A program made the position numbers and the translations under genes. DNA of 64,000 nt from a virus (taxonomy: Duplodnaviria > Caudoviricetes), in IMG/VR virus record IMGVR_UViG_3300028833_003520; one strand, written 5' to 3'. This document shows, one piece after another, positions 1 through 10,679 of the stretch. Each line of letters begins with the position of its first letter. Position 1 is the first letter of the stretch. A model generated the notes under the pieces. It did not search any database. It was not told the origin of the DNA and saw only the letters and a program-made list of their open reading frames with translations.

Positions 1-2
1 AA

Positions 3-1784
3 GAAGCCAAGAAAAAAGCCGAAGAGGAAGAGAAGAAAGAAAAGAAGAGTCTAAATAAGGTGGCTCGTAAAGCAGGTTCTTCTGCGGCGGCATACGGTGC
101 TAAGAGTTTTATTGCTATGCAGATAGCAAATGCTCTTAAGGTTCTCTTGATGATGCTTATGCAGTTAATGAATGCTATTGCGTCTGCAATTAGTACGGTT
201 GTAGCAGGAGTAGTTCATTTTATTGCTTCAGTTGCCGTAGCGTTTGGTGTAACTATGCTTACGGCTACTTTAGGTCTCGTAGGCTTTTTCGTAGGCGGTG
301 TTATTTTAGTCGGTGGTACAGTAGCATCAAATTCTCAACAGACCACAGAAATTAAGACTGACGCAGTTCTTCCTGATGACCCTTGTGAGGGGCGTGAAGA
401 TACTCAATATACGGCAGTCGGTGATGATACAAGCCAAGAAGAACGAGCAAGAATGGTTTACAATTTCTTTGGAAACTATTATAAGACCAATACGAAGGAG
501 AAGGTCGCAGGTATTCTTGGCAACTGGTCTGTAGAGTCAGGTATTACTTTCTTCAAGATGGAAGGAAGTCCGTCATCAGATAAGATGATACTGTATGGTA
601 ATGACGAGAAGGCGTTGGATAACTATACGTCAGGATGGTTATTCCCGACTTATTACAGAGGATGGGGAGCATCCGCTTGTTCTACATCATATTCAAGTTT
701 TCCTGGTCAGACGAGGACGCATTCTAATACTCATCATAATTTAGCAACATCAGCCTATGTTGCTCATAATAACGGTAAATCAATGTTTGTACCTGGTATT
801 GGTATTGGACAGTGGACAGGACAAAGAGGTAAGGACCTTCTCAACCTTGCGGCAAATACCGACGGTTACGATTGGTATGATGCCGAAATTCAGTTGGCGT
901 ATATGGTATCTATTGATAGCAGAGCAAATTGGGTTCAGAATTGGGCAAATACTGCAACAGGAAATCCCGAAGAAGGTGCTAAACAATTCGGATATGGTTG
1001 GGAAGGCGATATTAGTGGTTCTGAAAATGCTCGTGTAAATGCGGCAAAAGAATGGTTTATTAAGATAGCGGCTTGGGATGCTGATATCAATTATTACAAT
1101 ACTGTTGTAACGATTGCAGGTGACGCATTTAGGGCAGCCGCAGGTGCAAATAATGCACAGAATCACGAAGATGAATGTACTGAGGAAGAGTTAACTTACG
1201 GTACAACAGTTGCAGAGAGAATGTCTGCATATTGTTGGGATAGTCACTCTCAGTCTTGTGATGATTTTATTCAGGCTTGGACTGCAAGAGGAAAGCCAAT
1301 GGGTACTTATAATAATCATCCGATTAAGGAGCCTTGGGGTACTGTCTGTGGTACAGACCTGTATATTCAAGTTCATCAAGCCGTATTCCCTGGCGATGGC
1401 TTGTATGCATCTTGTGACCGAAGCGTAGCGTGTGCGGTTAGATGGGCAGGACTTGATGATAACTTCCCTGCAGGTGGTTGTGGTACATTGATTAACTGGA
1501 TGTCTGCCAGTAGCAAGTGGAAGAATGTTAAGAGTGATATTCATAGCGAGTCGGATTTAATGCCTGGCGATATTCTTATTAGAAGTACGCACGTTATTAT
1601 GTATCTTGGTTCGGATGCGGTATTGAAGTATCACCCTAATGCTGAAGCAAGTTGGGTTTATGGTTCGGGTTCGTATGGTGATAGACCACCGAATGTTCAA
1701 GGTGATAACTGGTCTGGTTACGATTATGTTTTCAGAAATGTTCAGCCAGAATCGAATTCGAAGTGGTTTAATATAATCGAATAA
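3..1784 (+). CDS. VirB1-like cell wall hydrolase (phage-tail lysozyme domain plus C-terminal CHAP/NlpC-P60-like amidase), 5' truncated by the window
   Basis: AGILGNWSVESG and GIGIGQWTGQR lysozyme motifs; SCDRSV...PGDIL...HVIMY Cys/His amidase motifs; N-terminal hydrophobic segment; frame open from base 3. Confidence 0.8.
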   Translation, partial: EAKKKAEEEEKKEKKSLNKVARKAGSSAAAYGAKSFIAMQIANALKVLLMMLMQLMNAIASAISTVVAGVVHFIASVAVAFGVTMLTATLGLVGFFVGGVILVGGTVASNSQQTTEIKTDAVLPDDPCEGREDTQYTAVGDDTSQEERARMVYNFFGNYYKTNTKEKVAGILGNWSVESGITFFKMEGSPSSDKMILYGNDEKALDNYTSGWLFPTYYRGWGASACSTSYSSFPGQTRTHSNTHHNLATSAYVAHNNGKSMFVPGIGIGQWTGQRGKDLLNLAANTDGYDWYDAEIQLAYMVSIDSRANWVQNWANTATGNPEEGAKQFGYGWEGDISGSENARVNAAKEWFIKIAAWDADINYYNTVVTIAGDAFRAAAGANNAQNHEDECTEEELTYGTTVAERMSAYCWDSHSQSCDDFIQAWTARGKPMGTYNNHPIKEPWGTVCGTDLYIQVHQAVFPGDGLYASCDRSVACAVRWAGLDDNFPAGGCGTLINWMSASSKWKNVKSDIHSESDLMPGDILIRSTHVIMYLGSDAVLKYHPNAEASWVYGSGSYGDRPPNVQGDNWSGYDYVFRNVQPESNSKWFNIIE

Positions 1785-1798
1785 ACAATGCTGAAAAT

Positions 1799-1857
1799 GC
1801 TCATAAATGTGTTGATTTTGTAATGCGAGAGTGTTATAATTCATTCATAAATGAGCA
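1799..1857 (+). promoter_or_regulatory. Sigma-A promoter (TTGATT-17-TATAAT) flanked by two CATAAATG(A/T)G boxes (class C operator)
   Basis: -35 1812-1817, -10 1835-1840; the -10 plus downstream box differs by 1 nt from 48865-48890. Confidence 0.7.
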
Positions 1858-1889
1858 TTTTCTTAATTATCACAAGGAGATAAAAGGAT

Positions 1890-2987
1890 ATGAACAGAGA
1901 GGAAAGAAGAAGGCAGAACAAAGCAGAAGCCGACAGACTTGCTCAAGAGACGCTTGACAATATGAAAGCCAAGCGAGAGGCTCGTAAAGAATCAATTCAA
2001 ACAAAATGGGAAAATGCAGATAAAGGTAAGGTTATCAAGATTGGGATTATTGTTGTTTCAGCAGTTCTCAGTCTTATTGGTATTCTTGCAATTATATCTG
2101 CGAATAACCGTGTAGATGTTCTCAATGGTCAGATTGCAGAAATGCAGACTCAGATTGCTACGAAGCAGAGTGAGATTGATGCAATTGATTTGACACCTAT
2201 TGAGCAACAGTTAATTCAAGACACAATGAATACTTGCTTACAGCAAGGTTCAGAGGTGGCTGATTTACAGAATCAGTATTATAACGTACTGGATATGCAG
2301 AAATACGGTTTTAGTGAGAACAATGTCAATGAAATCGAAAGAATTTCAGGTGAGTTGTCCAAGTATTTCGGTGGTAGTAATGAAGATGCAACAGCATATT
2401 GGTTCACGACTCAGGAGTCAGACCATACAAAGTTTACTTGGCAGTTTGAAACAACATACGGTTTTCACGGTGACACTATAGATGTTATGTGGACTTGTTA
2501 CAAAAATGCCGATTCCTCTGGTGCATTAAGTGATGAACTTTTGGCGTATGCCGTTGGTGTTTATAATGTAGCGACGGGTAAGTTTACGAATGTTAACTTT
2601 ACTGTAACTAACTGTGGTAAGGCTTTACAGGGTTATTCTACAGACACAGATTGTGACGAGCAGCCGAAGGTTGATATGACAATCGACGCTGACGGAGATG
2701 GAAAGACTGACCTCAATGTCGATACAGATGGTGACGGTGTACCTGATACAAATATTGACGCAGACGGCAATGGTGTTATCGACGTTATGGAAGGCACAGA
2801 TGCTCAGTATGAGCGTGATGAAGATAGAGGAGAGGAAACTGCTCCAACCGAAACGACTACGCCTACTGATGCGACTACAACGACTTCTGCAACTGTAGAT
2901 GACGATGATGAAGATGACGACGATGAGCCGACAACAACAACTGCATTCGATTCTTATGAGCAGGATGCAGATAGGGGAGAGGAGTAA
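1890..2987 (+). CDS. Bitopic membrane protein with coiled coil and DxDxDG Ca-binding-like repeats, putative T4SS component
   Basis: One TM segment; DADGDG/DTDGDG/DADGNG repeats; acidic Thr-rich tail; SD AAGGA; transfer-gene context. Confidence 0.55.
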   Translation: MNREERRRQNKAEADRLAQETLDNMKAKREARKESIQTKWENADKGKVIKIGIIVVSAVLSLIGILAIISANNRVDVLNGQIAEMQTQIATKQSEIDAIDLTPIEQQLIQDTMNTCLQQGSEVADLQNQYYNVLDMQKYGFSENNVNEIERISGELSKYFGGSNEDATAYWFTTQESDHTKFTWQFETTYGFHGDTIDVMWTCYKNADSSGALSDELLAYAVGVYNVATGKFTNVNFTVTNCGKALQGYSTDTDCDEQPKVDMTIDADGDGKTDLNVDTDGDGVPDTNIDADGNGVIDVMEGTDAQYERDEDRGEETAPTETTTPTDATTTTSATVDDDDEDDDDEPTTTTAFDSYEQDADRGEE

Positions 2988-2991
2988 GAGT

Positions 2992-3615
2992 ATGAAAGAA
3001 GTTCTTAGGGATTTATTCAATATTAAGACGTTTATTCCGTTGATTATAGCCATCGGCATTATCGTAGTTGGTAATTTTTATTCCAAGCAGAATGTCGGTG
3101 CAGCAGAAGCACAGTTAACACAACTTCAAGGACAGTATGCTGAACTTGAAAATCAGTATGCACAGAAGAAATCTTCGCAAACGCAGGCAAATCAGCAGGC
3201 AATTAAACTTGCTACTGGTGTCGAAGAGGAGCGTAAGAACACTGATGACAGCAAGATAACTACTCTTATGTCTGATGTTGTTACTTGGAGTTCTTATGCC
3301 GAGTATTGCACGAAGAGACAGAATTTTATTGACACCTATGGTGGCAATGAGGATTTTCTGAATATGTTTTTCCCTGAAATAGCAGTCGCAGTATCAGCCG
3401 ATGGTACAGAATATAACACTATTGATACTTTAGGTTTGAAACTCCAGTTTTCAAGTATGAAGAGTTATATTATCAATATTTCGGGTACGACATATTCATA
3501 TTTCGCACTCGTAAATGTTACACGAGATGGCGATACGGCTTCAACACAGCAGTTTGCGATAACGTATAGTACAGATGCAAGCGGCAATGTATTGAATTTG
3601 AAGGGAATTATGTAA
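2992..3615 (+). CDS. Membrane-anchored protein, possibly VirB8/TcpC-like
   Basis: ATG 2992 after GGAG; N-terminal TM, coiled coil, then alpha/beta domain; family inferred from context. Confidence 0.4.
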   Translation: MKEVLRDLFNIKTFIPLIIAIGIIVVGNFYSKQNVGAAEAQLTQLQGQYAELENQYAQKKSSQTQANQQAIKLATGVEEERKNTDDSKITTLMSDVVTWSSYAEYCTKRQNFIDTYGGNEDFLNMFFPEIAVAVSADGTEYNTIDTLGLKLQFSSMKSYIINISGTTYSYFALVNVTRDGDTASTQQFAITYSTDASGNVLNLKGIM

Positions 3616-4062
3616 ATGAATAGAAAAACCGTCAGAAGTGAAAATAGTGAAAGGAGCAGTAAGAATATGGGTACTATGTCCAAAACGAAGTCTTATGCAA
3701 AAGTGAAGGAGACCAAGTTGAAACTTCAGAAAGATGCTACTTGGCAGACAACAAAGACTGGAATTTTCAAGGCTTTGATGTTTGTTGGTCGTTGGATAGC
3801 AACAACCTTCTGTATCTATTTAGTTTCAATGATTTCAATCACAGGTCTTATTCCTTTTACAGTTGCGTATCTTGCAGGTCAGTCGGGTATGTCCGTTGGA
3901 ACTGATGCTGTAACAAGTGTAACGACTTGGGTATGCCCGTCAGTAGGAGCGACGATTATTATTTCAATCGTAACAGCAGTTATTGATGTGCAGATTTATA
4001 AGTTCTTTAAGAAGCAGTTCTCGTATCAGAGACTTGAGGATAAGAAGAACGACAAAAAGTGA
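3616..4062 (+). CDS. Two-TM membrane protein
   Basis: Two hydrophobic segments; abuts the upstream gene. Confidence 0.6.
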   Translation: MNRKTVRSENSERSSKNMGTMSKTKSYAKVKETKLKLQKDATWQTTKTGIFKALMFVGRWIATTFCIYLVSMISITGLIPFTVAYLAGQSGMSVGTDAVTSVTTWVCPSVGATIIISIVTAVIDVQIYKFFKKQFSYQRLEDKKNDKK

Positions 4063-4155
4063 TAGGTTTATTGCTTTTTAAGGCAGTTTAATCTATAATC
4101 AGTAATGTCTGATATATGAGTAGATTATGATAATTTTTCAGAAAGGAGTTAGAGA

Positions 4156-5175
4156 ATGAAAGTCATAGGGCACAGTTTGAACCATACGTATTCTCGTCAG
4201 GCAAGTACATTCCTTCCCGAAAGTGAACTTATTCACCAGACTGGTGTGGAATGTAATGCAAACTTTCGTATCTCAAAAGCATTCTTAGCATATCACGGTG
4301 AAGAGGCTTGCTATAGACCTTATTTCCTTCTTATCGGAAGATTAGAGAATGTACGAGCACAGTTCCCCGAAGGTATCACAGAGGTTGAGTACGAAGATAG
4401 CGATACGCCTGAAGTTCAGGTCAACTATGAGTTGGAAAATGAACAGTTGGAGCATATGTATCGAAAAGGTGTATTTCCTAATCTCGACCAGTTACAGGAA
4501 TTTCTGTCAAGAAGGAATGATAAGTTAGGGGTCAGACCTGAGACAGTTGTTACACCGTCAATTATGAATGACAATAGGTATGATGATATTCCTGTTACTT
4601 GTTCTGTACTTGTGATAAAGCGTCAATCTCAGAATGATGCACCTATCATATTCGTACAGCCTGAGAAGCCATTTGATATCGTCATTACGAAGGAAACTTC
4701 GGGATATGACCTTGTAGATTATATGGAACCGTTTGAGCAGGATGAACTCAATATTGAAGATAGGTCTTATGCTAAACTCGACGAAGACATTAAGTATTTC
4801 GAGCCTCAGAAGGAAGAAGAGCCTGTCGAAGTTATCGAGAAGTCTGAAGATGAGAAGATGGTTGATAAGATTTTCGGTGTTACAAAACCTCGTGTTGATA
4901 AACACATCGAAGATGATAAGGAGTTGCTCGCTCGTGCAAACGAGGCTGCAGAAGCAGTTGAAAACGAGAATACTTCTTATGAGTCCACCTTTGAACAGTT
5001 GATGCTTGAAGAGTCCGATGAGCCAACGGCAAATGAAGTATCGACGAAGACAGAAGAAACAAGACGTGGACCTCTTTCTATGGATGAGATTATGTCTCGT
5101 CAGCAGAAGGCTCAGAGCCTTGCAGACAAGGTTAAAGAGTCAGACGAAGACGGAATCCAGTCTTCAAAGGAGTAA
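4156..5175 (+). CDS. Hypothetical acidic protein
   Basis: 339 aa ORF; SD GAAAGGAG; own promoter TTGCTT-17-TATAAT (4071-4099). Confidence 0.7.
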   Translation: MKVIGHSLNHTYSRQASTFLPESELIHQTGVECNANFRISKAFLAYHGEEACYRPYFLLIGRLENVRAQFPEGITEVEYEDSDTPEVQVNYELENEQLEHMYRKGVFPNLDQLQEFLSRRNDKLGVRPETVVTPSIMNDNRYDDIPVTCSVLVIKRQSQNDAPIIFVQPEKPFDIVITKETSGYDLVDYMEPFEQDELNIEDRSYAKLDEDIKYFEPQKEEEPVEVIEKSEDEKMVDKIFGVTKPRVDKHIEDDKELLARANEAAEAVENENTSYESTFEQLMLEESDEPTANEVSTKTEETRRGPLSMDEIMSRQQKAQSLADKVKESDEDGIQSSKE

Positions 5176-5217
5176 TCCGCTATTAAAGTGCGACGGCACT
5201 TATAAAATAGATAAGGA

Positions 5218-5260
5218 ATGGCTATTGCGTTCACCCCTGGGCACAGTAGCCGTTTTTTAT
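5218..5260 (+). terminator. Rho-independent terminator
   Basis: ATGGCTATTG...CAGTAGCCGT stem followed by a T run. Confidence 0.6.
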
Positions 5261-5354
5261 TGCTATTAAAAAGAATGGTTGAAAAATTTAATTGAGACCA
5301 CGATTTCCGTGAATAATTAAAGCCTGCTTTAATTACGTTTGTAGCACTATTTTG

Positions 5355-5383
5355 TTGACTTTCTCCATATATGGTGTTATAGT
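5355..5383 (+). promoter_or_regulatory. Class A promoter TTGACT-ttctCCATATATGGtgt-TATAGT
   Basis: 17-bp spacer containing a perfect 10-bp palindrome; five copies in the window. Confidence 0.8.
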
Positions 5384-5427
5384 GTTTTTATAGTATAAAC
5401 ACAACAGTAAGTTGGGAGGAAATAAAT

Positions 5428-6183
5428 ATGGTCGAGATAATTGATAAGAACGATGCACCTGAAGCAGTCAAGAATGCGAAGGTAGTAGGTGGTTCAACAT
5501 TTTTCGATGCCGACACTTCGGAAAGATTTGAGGCTGAGCCTAAATCTGTAAAATCGACTGGTAAGACGATTTCGAAGGTCGTAACAAGAGAGAATATCGA
5601 AGAGGCATACGCATCTGCACAGCAGATTGCGGTTGATGCTCAGACTCCCGAAGATGTGAATAAGGGACCTCTCAAGGCTTATGAAGGTAAGTATGATTAC
5701 AAATACTTATCTCGTGAGACTGTCGATATTATGCATAAGAATGCAAGTACAGGAGCAATTTCTGCAAAGGAGTCGCTTAACTCCGTACCGTATGCAATTA
5801 AGTTAGGTACTGCTATTAGTTCGGAGAACTATGGTACAGCAGTTCTTACAGGTATTCAGATGTTACCTGGCGTTATTCGTCAGAAGACCGCACAGTATAA
5901 GAATATGATTGGTTCGGTTGAAGGTTATCAGTCTTATAAAAAGGATATCGAGGGTCTTTCGAAAGAAGAGAGAAAGTTGGCTCGTAAAGAACTGGCAGAA
6001 TGTCAGGTTAAGGCTTTAGAGCATCTCGATTCTGCTGATAAGCAACTCTTCAAGGAGAAAGCGGCTCAAGGTATCGACAAGGGCGTTGAGGCTCTTGCAA
6101 GCAGAGCAGACCGTGTAAAGAGGGCAGAATCCATCGCTCCGTCTGGTGCGTCAGCAGATTATGGCGTAGAACTCGGAGGCTAA
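5428..6183 (+). CDS. Hypothetical protein, first gene after a class A promoter
   Basis: SD GGGAGG; ends RADRVKRAES...YGVELGG. Confidence 0.7.
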   Translation: MVEIIDKNDAPEAVKNAKVVGGSTFFDADTSERFEAEPKSVKSTGKTISKVVTRENIEEAYASAQQIAVDAQTPEDVNKGPLKAYEGKYDYKYLSRETVDIMHKNASTGAISAKESLNSVPYAIKLGTAISSENYGTAVLTGIQMLPGVIRQKTAQYKNMIGSVEGYQSYKKDIEGLSKEERKLARKELAECQVKALEHLDSADKQLFKEKAAQGIDKGVEALASRADRVKRAESIAPSGASADYGVELGG

Positions 6184-6184
6184 T

Positions 6185-7213
6185 ATGATTAAACACCATA
6201 AAGGACCTCTTGGGGAGTTCGATTACGATAATTCGATTTGGGAAATTAAATCGACGAGGAATGATTTTGACCCTGCTAATCCCATAATGACTATGGAATA
6301 TAAGTTGAAGGGCAATATCAATGGCTCGGAGATAGAAATACCTTATGGTCTTGTAAAAGCAGATAATCTTTTCAAAGATTGTTCCATACAGACACCACCT
6401 TCAATACCTGCAACTGTTAAAAGTTGTAGAAGTATGTTTGAAGGTTGTTCAGGACTGCGTAAGGCTCCCATTATCCCGAAAGGGGTTAAGGATTGTCATA
6501 GTATGTTTAACGGTTGTATATCGTTAAGAGAGGCTCCTCCGAAAATTCCTGACACTGTTCGGGATTGTCGTTTTATGTTTAACCTCTGTGAGAGTCTGAA
6601 GTCAGGTTCGCCGATGGAAGATACTTTACCGAATGAGCCTGTTCATTGTGACGCAATGTACTATGGCTGTACGCATCTGACAGAGGCTCCGAGAATGGGT
6701 CTGTATGTAGATTCTATGGCTTTTACTTTCAACGATTGCAAGAAGTTGAAATATCCACCTGTTCTTCCTAAAAAGGTTGAGACATTAGCAGGTTGTTTCA
6801 AGGGTTGTGAAAGACTTGAAATGGCACCAAGTATTGGTGAAGGCTGCGTTAAAATGGGTCAGACTTTTAGCGGTTGTAAGAAGTTGGTTTATCCGCCTAC
6901 AATCCCTTATACGACGAGATATATGGAAGGATGTTTTGAGGGTTGTAAGAGTTTAACAACCGTTCCTGCTATTCCACCGTCTGTGGAAACAAGTTCTTCT
7001 CTTACGGTGTTTAGCGGATGTTCGCAGAATGTTCAAGACAAAGGCGAATGGGCATTCAAGAACAGAGGTTGTGATTTTGAGCAGTATGGCGTTGTTTCGA
7101 AGCCCAGTCACCGTATCAGAGGTGATGGTAAGAGGAAACTTCCTTCGGTTGATACGAAGGACTCAGATGAGCCAAATAAGAACCCGAATGATGGCGATTT
7201 TGGTAATTCATAA
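6185..7213 (+). CDS. BspA/DUF285-like leucine-rich repeat protein without signal peptide
   Basis: Repeats MFxGCxxLxxAPxIPxxV; C-terminal KRKLPSV tail. Confidence 0.8.
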   Translation: MIKHHKGPLGEFDYDNSIWEIKSTRNDFDPANPIMTMEYKLKGNINGSEIEIPYGLVKADNLFKDCSIQTPPSIPATVKSCRSMFEGCSGLRKAPIIPKGVKDCHSMFNGCISLREAPPKIPDTVRDCRFMFNLCESLKSGSPMEDTLPNEPVHCDAMYYGCTHLTEAPRMGLYVDSMAFTFNDCKKLKYPPVLPKKVETLAGCFKGCERLEMAPSIGEGCVKMGQTFSGCKKLVYPPTIPYTTRYMEGCFEGCKSLTTVPAIPPSVETSSSLTVFSGCSQNVQDKGEWAFKNRGCDFEQYGVVSKPSHRIRGDGKRKLPSVDTKDSDEPNKNPNDGDFGNS

Positions 7214-7238
7214 TATAGAAAGGAACTGGTAACGTAGT

Positions 7239-7625
7239 ATGGATAAGAAAGAAGTCAAAAAGAAGATGGCTCAGATGAGCAAGGCAGAGCAACAGCAGGC
7301 TGAAGCCGAGGCAAAGAAGGCTGAAAAGAAGCGTAAAGAAGCCGAAGCACGAAGGAATGCCGAAGTCAAAAAGAGACGCATTGCAGAGCAACAGGCTCGT
7401 GAAGAGGCAGAACGCAGACAGAGAGCCGAAAGGTTTGCCGAAAGTCAGGGCAAGACTGTCGATAGCAAGCCTGCCCGTATAAGAGGCGAAAAACCTGAGG
7501 CGAATGTTCGTAATCGTCGTACAGAGGCGGCTAATGAGCGTCTCAAGATTGCAAAGATTGAGAATAATAAAGCCGAGCAGGAAGCCGAAGGCGAGCGTGT
7601 AAAGATAGGCAAGCGATACGTTTAA
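7239..7625 (+). CDS. Charged coiled-coil hypothetical protein
   Basis: K/E/R/A-rich ORF with SD GAAAGGAA. Confidence 0.6.
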   Translation: MDKKEVKKKMAQMSKAEQQQAEAEAKKAEKKRKEAEARRNAEVKKRRIAEQQAREEAERRQRAERFAESQGKTVDSKPARIRGEKPEANVRNRRTEAANERLKIAKIENNKAEQEAEGERVKIGKRYV

Positions 7626-7671
7626 GTAGAGTTTGATATATAACTCACTGGTGGGTTTTACATATATGGGG

Positions 7672-7703
7672 AAAGTGGTGGTACTCTGTATCGCCACTTT
7701 TTC
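7672..7703 (+). terminator. Inverted repeat / terminator
   Basis: AAAGTGGTGGTAC-tct-GTATCGCCACTTT followed by T residues. Confidence 0.6.
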
Positions 7704-7732
7704 TTGATATATGAGAGTATGTGTACTATAAT
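7704..7732 (+). promoter_or_regulatory. Class B promoter TTGATA-TATGAG-N11-TATAAT
   Basis: 17-bp spacer; same -35 extension at 13679, 28269, 31905 and 39351. Confidence 0.7.
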
Positions 7733-7786
7733 GGGAAACAGATAGTATAAGACAAAATAGCACACTTGTGCATTTAGGAGCAAAAT

Positions 7787-8110
7787 ATGGTACAACCACG
7801 ATGGGGCAATGAGAATCAAACTAATATGTCTTCAATGGTAGATTTTCAACGAAATCTCGAACTTACCAGAATGACACAAGCAACTCAAGCATTAAATGAG
7901 ATTGAAGAAGAGAGACTAATGTTGGAAAAGGCTCAGGCTATGAATGATATGTCTATCTATGAAGACTATATTAGACGGAGAAATGAACGGAAAGCAACAG
8001 AGCAAAACCGTTTGGCAAAAGCAAATAAAGTAATAATTATGATTGGGATTACAGTAGGAATTGTTGGCATTATACTTTTGCTTATAATGTGGGCTTTGTT
8101 TGCATATTAA
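7787..8110 (+). CDS. Small protein with a C-terminal TM segment
   Basis: SD AGGAG; hydrophobic C-terminus. Confidence 0.6.
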   Translation: MVQPRWGNENQTNMSSMVDFQRNLELTRMTQATQALNEIEEERLMLEKAQAMNDMSIYEDYIRRRNERKATEQNRLAKANKVIIMIGITVGIVGIILLLIMWALFAY

Positions 8111-8121
8111 GGAGTGGTTTA

Positions 8122-10365
8122 ATGGGTTTGAAACAATCCGTTGTAATAGTCAACGAGTTTTCTATAAAGAATAAATCGGGTAAGGGTGGTTCACGAGGTG
8201 GAACACCTGGCGACTATGTAACACGATATATGGCTCGTCCTAAAGCAACCGAGGATTTGACACCTGTAAGGTTACAGGACACAGACAAGTTCATTACGAG
8301 ATATATGGCTCGTAAGGAAGCGTCTGAGCAGTGCATTTCAGTCGAAGACGAAAAGGAGCGTATGCGTGAGGCTCAGAAGTTCGGCGGCATAGCCTTTGGT
8401 TATGGCGACGTTTCTTTGTCTGACAGTAAACTTCGTTACGCCAGTAAGGATATACAGAAGGAATTCGAAAGGGGAAAGACGGTCTTAAAGACAGTCTTGT
8501 CTTTTGACGAAGAATACCTCAAATCTAACGGAATCGTTGACGAAGACTTCGAGTTCAAGGAACGAGGAGACTATCGTGGTAACATCGACCAAATGAAACT
8601 CCGTATGGCTATAATGAATGGCTTGGATAAAATGAGCAAAGACTATGATGACTTACGTTATGTAGGCGTTATACAGGTCGATACGGCTCATATACATTGC
8701 CATTTGGCTATGGTGGATGCAGGTCGAGGTAACATTATGCCTGACGGCACGCAAAGAGGGAAACTGTCTGAAAAGAACAAGCGTGATTTGAGGAGAGGAA
8801 TTGATAATTTCCTTGACGAGAAGAAGAAAGTCTTAATGATGACGAGTAATGTCTCAAGAGACAAGAGGAATGCCTTGTGCTATATCAAAAAGTTTACTCA
8901 TAAGACGATGGATGAACACGGTACTCCGCAACTTCTTATGGCTTGTCTTCCTGAAGACAAGAATCTGTGGCGTGCATCGACTAATCGCAAGGAGATGAGA
9001 AAGGCTAATGCAATAGTCAGAGATTATGTAGAAGAGGTATTGAAACAGCCCGATTCAGGTTATGAAGAGGCTATGGAGTCCATACTTCAGTATGCAGATG
9101 AGCGTCGTAGCCGTGAAGACTTGGACAACAAAGAGTATCGTATGTTGTGCAAAAATGGTCGAGAGCAGTTGGTCGAAGACTGTATGAACGGTGTTTATGC
9201 AGTATTGAAGCAAATTCCTGATGAAGAGCGTACTGTTAAGACACCTCTGCTTGATACGATGAGTATGGATTACGAAGAACTGAGCACGAAGGCACAAAGT
9301 GACGAGATGTCGATGTTCGGTTTCAGACTTCGTTCATATAATAACCGTCTGGAATATCATAAGAAGGAAATGAATAAATACCACGAGTATGTACGAATGT
9401 ACGAAGATACTCCTGATGCGGCACGTTCTTCTAAAGTGCTGTATGACTTCTTCAAGGAAGAAGAGGAGTATAATCAGAAACTCGTCGGTAAATATAGGCA
9501 TTTCCTTTCTTTCGCAATCCCTGATGAGAAATATGAGGACGATTTTACAGAACTAATGCAGTATCGTGGAAGGATGACCAATTTAAGACGATTAAAGGAC
9601 GATAAGTCCTTAAAGCGTATGAATCCTGACCGTGCTGAAGAAGAAGGACGTAAAATCTACGGACAAGCAGGCGGTAGATATGCTGCGACAAATCCAAATA
9701 TTCTTGAAACCCGACTCATCAATATGAGATTGAGATACAATCGAATGGAAGAGGATTTTAAGATGAAACTGTCCGAATACGGAATGGTAATGGGTATTAA
9801 GGACGGTAAGATGGTTGTTGAAAGGGGAGAACAGTTCCCATTTGATGATGTTAAGGCTTTAGACTTACATCACCTCGGTTACGATTGGCAGGAAGATATT
9901 ATTATTGCAAAACGAAATGTTGATAACTTCATTGAGGCGACAGACAATCGTTATGAGAAGTATCAGGCTGCAGTACAGTATCTTAAAGATTCTGACCAGG
10001 AGTTGATGATAGACCAGTTGCCTACTAAGGATATTCAGGCTATGAAGGAACTCGCAGACAGTTTGAGAACAAACCCTGTCTTGCCGAAGAGTGATGTCTA
10101 TGAAGGATATAAGCACGACGGTCGTACTGTAAGCCTTGATTTCGATTACGGCGAGGATATGCAACGAGCAGTTAAGATGACCGTTAGAAGCGTCGCAAAT
10201 GCTCCAGATTTCGACGAGAGGCGTTCTACGAGGTCTGTACCTGTTATTCCTGCTGAAGCACCTATAGAGCCTTCTGGAAGGCGTACAGGACGTAATGTAC
10301 CTGATGTTGGTAATAAAAGCCCTGATAACGATTTGGATTCTGTCAGAAGACAGAGAGGCGAATGA
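8122..10365 (+). CDS. mobL: MobL-family conjugative relaxase
   Basis: N-terminal YVTRYMAR Tyr motif, KTVLSFD, RGNIDQMKLR, YVGVIQVDTAHIHCHL (HUH); ATG 8122 after AAGGAG. Confidence 0.8.
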   Translation: MGLKQSVVIVNEFSIKNKSGKGGSRGGTPGDYVTRYMARPKATEDLTPVRLQDTDKFITRYMARKEASEQCISVEDEKERMREAQKFGGIAFGYGDVSLSDSKLRYASKDIQKEFERGKTVLKTVLSFDEEYLKSNGIVDEDFEFKERGDYRGNIDQMKLRMAIMNGLDKMSKDYDDLRYVGVIQVDTAHIHCHLAMVDAGRGNIMPDGTQRGKLSEKNKRDLRRGIDNFLDEKKKVLMMTSNVSRDKRNALCYIKKFTHKTMDEHGTPQLLMACLPEDKNLWRASTNRKEMRKANAIVRDYVEEVLKQPDSGYEEAMESILQYADERRSREDLDNKEYRMLCKNGREQLVEDCMNGVYAVLKQIPDEERTVKTPLLDTMSMDYEELSTKAQSDEMSMFGFRLRSYNNRLEYHKKEMNKYHEYVRMYEDTPDAARSSKVLYDFFKEEEEYNQKLVGKYRHFLSFAIPDEKYEDDFTELMQYRGRMTNLRRLKDDKSLKRMNPDRAEEEGRKIYGQAGGRYAATNPNILETRLINMRLRYNRMEEDFKMKLSEYGMVMGIKDGKMVVERGEQFPFDDVKALDLHHLGYDWQEDIIIAKRNVDNFIEATDNRYEKYQAAVQYLKDSDQELMIDQLPTKDIQAMKELADSLRTNPVLPKSDVYEGYKHDGRTVSLDFDYGEDMQRAVKMTVRSVANAPDFDERRSTRSVPVIPAEAPIEPSGRRTGRNVPDVGNKSPDNDLDSVRRQRGE

Positions 10366-10679
10366 TGGAACTGACCAAGGATGCCGCAAAGATTTGTGCC
10401 ATAATTACGGGAGTGATGCTGACCGCAGTTACTTTTGCTTTTGTTATTTTTGTGTTCCGTTTTCAAACTGATAATCAGTATGTAGAACAGTTGGTTCGGG
10501 CAGGAGCACAAATAAGCGACGATATGACATATATAGACGCTCGTGAACAATTAGACAAATCGTCTTCTATTCTTATGGGGTTCGGTGTGTTAGAGTTGTT
10601 ATTGACATCTATTTTTGGTATTTGCTTAAGAGCAGGATTTGTACCTAAGAAGGAGACGAAAAAAGAATGCGAGCGTTAG
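10362..10679 (+). CDS. Two-TM hypothetical protein
   Basis: ATGA overlap with the relaxase; two hydrophobic segments. Confidence 0.55.
   Translation: MMELTKDAAKICAIITGVMLTAVTFAFVIFVFRFQTDNQYVEQLVRAGAQISDDMTYIDAREQLDKSSSILMGFGVLELLLTSIFGICLRAGFVPKKETKKECER

Noticed and set aside
7672-7703. oriT upstream of the relaxase
   Set aside because: The hairpin with G-U-type pairs and T run directly after a gene fits a terminator better; not excluded.
8660-8710. Inactive relaxase because Gln replaces the first His (IQVDTAHIHCH)
   Set aside because: The HUH histidines and N-terminal Tyr residues remain; inactivity cannot be claimed without a family alignment.
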